Positions 4,167 to 10,720 of a stretch of DNA of 10,720 nucleotides are shown here, piece after piece; position 1 is the stretch's first letter, and the number at the start of each line of letters is the position of its first letter. The DNA lies in assembly GCF_001815675.1 (NCBI RefSeq), contig NZ_KV821528.1, positions 23,798 through 34,517 of the forward strand, read 5' to 3'. Both the position numbers and the translations under genes were made by a program. The stretch comes from Neisseria sp. HMSC065D04 (GTDB taxonomy: Bacteria > Pseudomonadota > Gammaproteobacteria > Burkholderiales > Neisseriaceae). The notes below the pieces were generated by a model. The model was not told the DNA's origin. It made no database searches and saw only the letters and a program-made list of their open reading frames with translations.

Positions 4167-5025
4167 CAAAATTACTGCTACTGATTACATCACGCACCAC
4201 TTGCAAAGTTTGACCAGCCTTTCCGATGTCGCTAAAGGACAAGGCTTGGATAATATTGCTGATTTTTCTTTTATTAATATTGATGCAATATTTTTCTCTG
4301 TATTGTTGGGTGTAATCGGAAGTTTCCTACTTTTGCGTGGGGCCAGGAAGGCGACGGCGGGTGTGCCGGGGCGTTTTCAGGCTGCCGTTGAGATTCTGTT
4401 TGAGTTTGTGGATGATATGTGTAAAAGCATTATTCACAACGAACAATCTCGAAAAGCCATTGCTCCATTAGGTTTGACGCTGTTTGTATGGATTTTCCTG
4501 ATGAATGCCATGGATATGCTGCCGGTCGATTTGTTCCCGTGGCTGTGGCAAAACATTATTACCGGTAACCATCATGCATTGTTGCGTATTGTACCGACCG
4601 CAGATTTGAATACTACTTTGGCGTTGGCTATCGGTGTCTTGGTAATTTGTATTTATTACAATATCAAAATCAAAGGTATCCGTGGTTGGATTCATGAGTT
4701 GTTCAGCGCTCCGTTCGGCGCCAAACTTGCTCCCGCCAACTTCCTTTTGAATCTGGTTGAATTCCTCTCTAAAACAGTTTCTCACGGTATGCGGTTGTTC
4801 GGTAACATGTATGCCGGCGAGCTGGTGTTCCTTCTGATTGCTTTGCTGGGTGGCGCTTGGGCGACATCTGGAAGCGTTGAAGTGTTGGATCCGATTCTGT
4901 TTGGTTTCCACATCCTTGCCGGATTGGCATGGGCGATTTTCCATATTTTGGTGATTACCCTGCAGGCATTTATCTTTATGGCCTTGGCGTTTGTCTATAT
5001 CGGACAAGCTCATGATGCACATTAA
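4156..5025 (+). CDS. atpB: F0F1 ATP synthase subunit a
   Basis: 289 aa. DYITHHL, INIDAIFFSV, GVPGRFQ, LFVWIFLMN.MD.LP, LRLFGNMYAGEL (essential Arg) and WAIFHILVITLQAFIFM match E. coli AtpB. The ATG overlaps the atpI stop by 11 nt. Confidence 0.97.
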   Translation: MAGDKITATDYITHHLQSLTSLSDVAKGQGLDNIADFSFINIDAIFFSVLLGVIGSFLLLRGARKATAGVPGRFQAAVEILFEFVDDMCKSIIHNEQSRKAIAPLGLTLFVWIFLMNAMDMLPVDLFPWLWQNIITGNHHALLRIVPTADLNTTLALAIGVLVICIYYNIKIKGIRGWIHELFSAPFGAKLAPANFLLNLVEFLSKTVSHGMRLFGNMYAGELVFLLIALLGGAWATSGSVEVLDPILFGFHILAGLAWAIFHILVITLQAFIFMALAFVYIGQAHDAH

Positions 5026-5310
<285 letters not shown>

Positions 5311-5334
5311 TCAAACGGCGTGATCCGTCTAGGT

Positions 5335-5350
5335 ACAGACTTCGGTCTGT
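5335..5350 (+). other. Short cUUCGg tetraloop hairpin in the atpE-atpF spacer
   Basis: ACAGAC-TTCG-GTCTGT forms a 6-bp stem closed by C(UUCG)G. It lies in the unusually long 71-nt spacer. Confidence 0.4.
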
Positions 5351-5381
5351 TTGATTAACACTAGTACGAAGGTTAACTAAC

Positions 5382-5852
5382 GTGAATATTAATGCAACCT
5401 TATTCGCTCAAATCATCGTCTTTTTCGGTTTGGTTTGGTTTACCATGAAATTCGTGTGGCCGCCAATCGCAAAAGCATTGGATGAGCGTGCCGCAAAAAT
5501 TGCCGAAGGCTTGGCTGCTGCCGAGCGCGGTAAGAGCGATTTTGAACAGGCAGAGAAGAAAGTTGCAGAACTCTTGGCTGAAGGGCGTAACCAAGTTTCC
5601 GAAATGGTAGCAAACGCCGAAAAACGTGCCGCCAAAATCGTAGAAGAAGCGAAAGAGCAAGCTACTGTTGAGGCAGTGCGGATTACAGCACAAGCTAAAG
5701 CTGATGCCCAGCAAGAAATGAACCGTGCACGCGAAGTTTTGCGTGAACAAGTTGCTGCGTTGGCGGTTAAAGGTGCAGAGTCTATTTTGCGCAGTGAAGT
5801 GGATACTTCCAAACATGCGCAGCTGCTCAGTGCTTTAAAACAGGAGCTGTAA
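5382..5852 (+). CDS. atpF: F0F1 ATP synthase subunit b (GTG start)
   Basis: 156 aa. The N-terminal membrane helix ([26 protein letters not shown]) is followed by a long Ala/Glu/Lys-rich helix. GAAGG lies 9 nt upstream of the GTG at 5382. Confidence 0.93.
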   Translation: MNINATLFAQIIVFFGLVWFTMKFVWPPIAKALDERAAKIAEGLAAAERGKSDFEQAEKKVAELLAEGRNQVSEMVANAEKRAAKIVEEAKEQATVEAVRITAQAKADAQQEMNRAREVLREQVAALAVKGAESILRSEVDTSKHAQLLSALKQEL

Positions 5853-5856
5853 TCTT

Positions 5857-6390
5857 ATGGCTGAGTTCGCAACGATTGCCAGACCTTATGCGAAAGCATT
5901 GTTTAATCTGGCGCAGGAAAAAAACCAAATTGAGTCTTGGTTGGGCGGACTGGAAGAATTAGCCGCGGTTGTTCAAAACCAGAAAGTAATTTCTTTTCTT
6001 GAGCAACCTGAAATCAATACTTCTGAAAAGGTAAATGTACTTGCCGAACTCGTTGAATTAAAAAGTGATGAATTGAAGAATTTCATTACTGTTCTGGCAG
6101 AGCAAAAACGTTTGCCTGTATTGCCTGAAGTCTATGCTCAATATCAAGCTTTAACCTTGTCATTCAATCATACTAAGTCCGCTGTAATTTACAGTGCTTA
6201 TCCATTGACTGAAGATCAATTGGCTGAGTTGGCTGAAATATTGAAAAAACGCTTTGACAGTAAGTTGCAGATTACAACTGAAGTCGCGCCTGAATTAATT
6301 GGCGGTGTCAAAGTTGAAGTGGGTGACCAGGTCTTGGATTTGTCGGTGCAGGGTAAATTGAATGCCCTGTATGCGACTATGACAAATTAG
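5857..6390 (+). CDS. atpH: F0F1 ATP synthase subunit delta (OSCP)
   Basis: 177 aa. It begins with the typical delta N-terminus ...ARPYAKALF.... It ends GG..V.VGD.V.D.S....L. AGGAG lies upstream, and the position between atpF and atpA fits. Confidence 0.95.
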   Translation: MAEFATIARPYAKALFNLAQEKNQIESWLGGLEELAAVVQNQKVISFLEQPEINTSEKVNVLAELVELKSDELKNFITVLAEQKRLPVLPEVYAQYQALTLSFNHTKSAVIYSAYPLTEDQLAELAEILKKRFDSKLQITTEVAPELIGGVKVEVGDQVLDLSVQGKLNALYATMTN

Positions 6391-6400
6391 GAGAGTTTTC

Positions 6401-7948
6401 ATGCAGCTTAATCCTGCTGAAATTAGCGATTTGATTAAAGCTAAAATTGAAAATCTGTCTGGAAATACAGAAGTACGTACCCGTGGTACGGTTATTTCTG
6501 TAACAGACGGTATTGTTCGTATTCATGGCTTGTCAGACGCAATGCAAGGTGAGATGCTCGAATTCCCGGGTAACACTTTCGGTTTGGCGATGAACTTGGA
6601 GCGTGACTCCGTCGGCGCCGTAGTGTTGGGTGAATACGAACATATTAAAGAAGGCGACACAGTTACTTGTACCGGTCGTATTTTGGAAGTACCTGTCGGT
6701 CGTGAATTGGTTGGTCGCGTTGTAGATGCATTGGGTCGCCCGATTGATGGCAAAGGTCCGATCAACACATCTTCCACAGCGCCAATCGAAAAAATTGCAC
6801 CGGGTGTAATTGCCCGTAAATCAGTTGACCAACCTATGCAAACCGGTCTGAAGGCCATTGACTCAATGGTTCCGATTGGTCGCGGTCAACGTGAGTTGAT
6901 CATTGGTGACCGTCAAACAGGTAAAACAGCCGTAGCATTGGATGCTATTGTCAACCAAAAAGGTACGGGCGTTATCTGTATTTATGTTGCAATCGGTCAA
7001 AAAGCATCTTCTATTGCCAACGTAGTACGCAAATTGGAAGAGCATGGCGCAATGGAACACACTATTGTGGTTGCGGCGACTGCTTCTGAAGCTGCGGCTT
7101 TGCAATATATCGCACCTTATGCAGGTTGTACGATGGGCGAGTTTTTCCGCGACCGCGGTGAAGACGCATTGATTGTATATGATGACTTGTCCAAACAAGC
7201 TGTTGCTTACCGTCAAATTTCCCTGTTGCTGCGCCGTCCTCCCGGTCGTGAAGCATATCCTGGCGACGTTTTCTATCTGCACTCCCGCTTGTTGGAGCGT
7301 GCTGCCCGTGTAAATGAACACGAAGTTGAAAAACTGACCAATGGCGAAGTGAAGGGCAAAACAGGCTCTCTGACTGCATTGCCAATTATTGAAACGCAAG
7401 CCGGCGACGTCTCTGCATTCGTACCGACAAACGTGATTTCGATTACCGACGGTCAGATTTTCTTGGAAACCGACTTGTTTAACGCCGGTATCCGTCCTGC
7501 GATTAATGCCGGTATTTCGGTATCGCGCGTAGGTGGTGCTGCGCAAACCAAAGTAATTAAAAAACTGGGTGGCGGTATCCGTTTGGCACTTGCCCAATAT
7601 CGTGAGTTGGCAGCCTTCTCGCAATTTGCTTCTGATTTGGATGAGGCTACACGCAAACAGCTGCAACACGGTGAAGTGGTGACTGAATTGATGAAGCAAA
7701 AACAATTCAGCACTTTGGATACAGCCGAAATGGCTTTGACCTTGTGGGCCATTAATAATGGTTCTTACGAAGATGTACCGGTATCCAAGGCATTGGCTTT
7801 CGAAGCAGAATTTTTGAGCTTTGTACGCACTCAGCATCCTAGTGTTTTAGAAGCAATCAACGCATCAGGTGCGATGTCCGATGAAAGTGAAAAAGCATTG
7901 ACCGAAGCCATGAATTCTTTCAAATCTTCTTATGCTTACCAAGCCTAA
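6401..7948 (+). CDS. atpA: F0F1 ATP synthase subunit alpha
   Basis: 515 aa with Walker [10 protein letters not shown], plus [23 protein letters not shown] and [14 protein letters not shown] lies 7 nt upstream and overlaps the atpH stop. Confidence 0.99.
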   Translation: MQLNPAEISDLIKAKIENLSGNTEVRTRGTVISVTDGIVRIHGLSDAMQGEMLEFPGNTFGLAMNLERDSVGAVVLGEYEHIKEGDTVTCTGRILEVPVGRELVGRVVDALGRPIDGKGPINTSSTAPIEKIAPGVIARKSVDQPMQTGLKAIDSMVPIGRGQRELIIGDRQTGKTAVALDAIVNQKGTGVICIYVAIGQKASSIANVVRKLEEHGAMEHTIVVAATASEAAALQYIAPYAGCTMGEFFRDRGEDALIVYDDLSKQAVAYRQISLLLRRPPGREAYPGDVFYLHSRLLERAARVNEHEVEKLTNGEVKGKTGSLTALPIIETQAGDVSAFVPTNVISITDGQIFLETDLFNAGIRPAINAGISVSRVGGAAQTKVIKKLGGGIRLALAQYRELAAFSQFASDLDEATRKQLQHGEVVTELMKQKQFSTLDTAEMALTLWAINNGSYEDVPVSKALAFEAEFLSFVRTQHPSVLEAINASGAMSDESEKALTEAMNSFKSSYAYQA

Positions 7949-7972
7949 GAGCTGAAATGAAAGGAGTCTGAA

Positions 7973-8848
7973 ATGGCAGTCGGAAAAGAGATTCTCACCA
8001 AAATCCGTAGTGTTCAAAATACCCAAAAGATCACTAAAGCGATGCAGATGGTGTCAACCTCTAAAATGCGGAAGACTCAGGAACGGATGCGCTTGGCGCG
8101 TCCGTATGCCGAAAAAGTGCGGACAGTTATGAGTCATTTGGCGCGAACCCATGAAGATCACGGTATTAAATTATTGGCACCTCATCGTGAAACACGTCGG
8201 GTAGGTTTCATTTTAATCACCTCTGATAAAGGTCTTTGCGGTGGTTTGAACGCGAATGTTTTGAAGAAATTCTTAGCGCAAGTCCAAGAATACCAAGAAC
8301 AAGGCATTGAAGTTGATGTCGTCTGTTTAGGTAGTAAAGGTTTGGCAGCTTGTCAAAACATCGGTTTGAACGTTATTGCCAGTGCGATTAATTTGGGTGA
8401 TACCCCAAAAATGGAATTGCTGCTTGGTCCATTGACTGAAATCTTCCAACGTTACGAGAAGCATGAGTTAGATAAAATACATCTTGTGTATTCATGTTTT
8501 GTGAATACCATGCGTCAAGAACCACGGTTGGAGGTTCTGCTGCCTATCGGCGAAAATGTGATAGAAGACGAGGAGAGTTATTCTTCATTCAGTTGGGAAT
8601 ACCGTTATGAGCCAAGTCCTGTCGTTGTGTTGGAATATCTGGTTCGCCGCTATTTAGAGTCTGTGGTTTACCAAGCATTGAGTGACAATATGGCATCTGA
8701 GCAAGCTGCACGTATGGTGGCAATGAAAGCAGCTACCGACAATGCAGGCAATGCCATTAAAGAGTTGCGTTTGGTATATAACAAATCGCGTCAAGCTGCG
8801 ATTACCACGGAATTGTCAGAAATTGTAGCAGGTGCAGCGGCAGTTTAA
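7973..8848 (+). CDS. atpG: F0F1 ATP synthase subunit gamma
   Basis: 291 aa. The N-terminus EI..KI.SV.NTQKITKAM.MV...KMRK and C-terminus NK.RQA.IT.EL.EIV.GA.A are gamma signatures. AAGGAG lies 6 nt upstream. Confidence 0.98.
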   Translation: MAVGKEILTKIRSVQNTQKITKAMQMVSTSKMRKTQERMRLARPYAEKVRTVMSHLARTHEDHGIKLLAPHRETRRVGFILITSDKGLCGGLNANVLKKFLAQVQEYQEQGIEVDVVCLGSKGLAACQNIGLNVIASAINLGDTPKMELLLGPLTEIFQRYEKHELDKIHLVYSCFVNTMRQEPRLEVLLPIGENVIEDEESYSSFSWEYRYEPSPVVVLEYLVRRYLESVVYQALSDNMASEQAARMVAMKAATDNAGNAIKELRLVYNKSRQAAITTELSEIVAGAAAV

Positions 8849-8859
8849 TGTCGTCTGAA
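8848..8859 (+). repeat. DUS-like 12-mer ATGTCGTCTGAA in the atpG-atpD spacer
   Basis: It has the same 10-mer core GTCGTCTGAA as the other copies but an AT prefix instead of AG. It overlaps the atpG stop codon and is a single copy with no inverted partner. Confidence 0.7.
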
Positions 8860-8877
8860 ACCTGAACAGGAAATTAG

Positions 8878-10284
<1,407 letters not shown>

Positions 10285-10294
10285 GGAGGTCGGC

Positions 10295-10720
10295 ATGAGC
10301 ATCATGCGAGTTGAAGTGGTAAGTAGCGAGCAGAACATCTATTCAGGCGAAGCCAGTTTTGTAGTGGTTCCGACTGTTCAAGGTGAGCTCGGTATTTATC
10401 CGCGACACGAGCCGATTATGAGTTTGGTACGTCCTGGTGCATTGCGTTTGACCGTGCCGGGCGAAGCCGAAGAAGTGCTTGTTGCCGTTTCCGGCGGAGT
10501 GCTGGAAGTGCAGCCCAACCAACTTACTGTGTTGGCGGATGTTGCCGTACGCAGTTCCGAGATGGATCGGGAGCGCGCGGAAGCTGCCAAGAAGGCGGCG
10601 GAAACCGGCATTTCTCAAGCCAAAGACGATAAATCGCTGGCTGAAGCACACAAAGCCTTGGCCGCAGCGATTGCCCAGCTCAAAACCTTGGATTATCTTC
10701 GTTCGCACAAAAACAAATAA
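10295..10720 (+). CDS. atpC: F0F1 ATP synthase subunit epsilon
   Basis: 141 aa. V.VVS.E..I.SGE, GELGIYP.H.P and SGG.LEVQPN..TVLAD, plus a C-terminal helical hairpin, match E. coli AtpC. AAGGAGG lies 5 nt upstream. The TAA stop is the last codon of the window. Confidence 0.97.
   Translation: MSIMRVEVVSSEQNIYSGEASFVVVPTVQGELGIYPRHEPIMSLVRPGALRLTVPGEAEEVLVAVSGGVLEVQPNQLTVLADVAVRSSEMDRERAEAAKKAAETGISQAKDDKSLAEAHKALAAAIAQLKTLDYLRSHKNK

Overview
This window looks like ordinary core chromosome from a Neisseria species, not an accessory island. The repeated 12-mer AGGTCGTCTGAA is the DNA uptake sequence dialect reported for the N. mucosa / N. sicca group. From left to right the window holds: (i) the last 32 bp of a Correia repeat-enclosed element; (ii) a minus-strand block with an unrecognisable, disordered Pro/Lys-rich membrane-anchored protein, the BON-domain lipoprotein DolP/YraP (orthologue of meningococcal GNA2091), a GmhA/DiaA-type SIS protein and YraN; (iii) divergently transcribed rsmI; (iv) a 290-bp structured intergenic region; and (v) a complete F1Fo ATP synthase operon, atpIBEFHAGDC. 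Inverted DUS pairs sit where terminators are expected behind dolP, the SIS gene and rsmI. I find no convincing multi-gene novel system: no defence, toxin-antitoxin, secretion, CRISPR or prophage content. The items most worth a second look are the domain-less bitopic protein at 126-731, the Correia end in its 3' flank, the orphan segment between two DUS hairpins at 3422-3583, the palindrome at the predicted 5' end of the atp mRNA, the ambiguous AtpI start, and a cUUCGg hairpin between atpE and atpF. All homology calls rest on remembered family motifs and sequences, not on searches.
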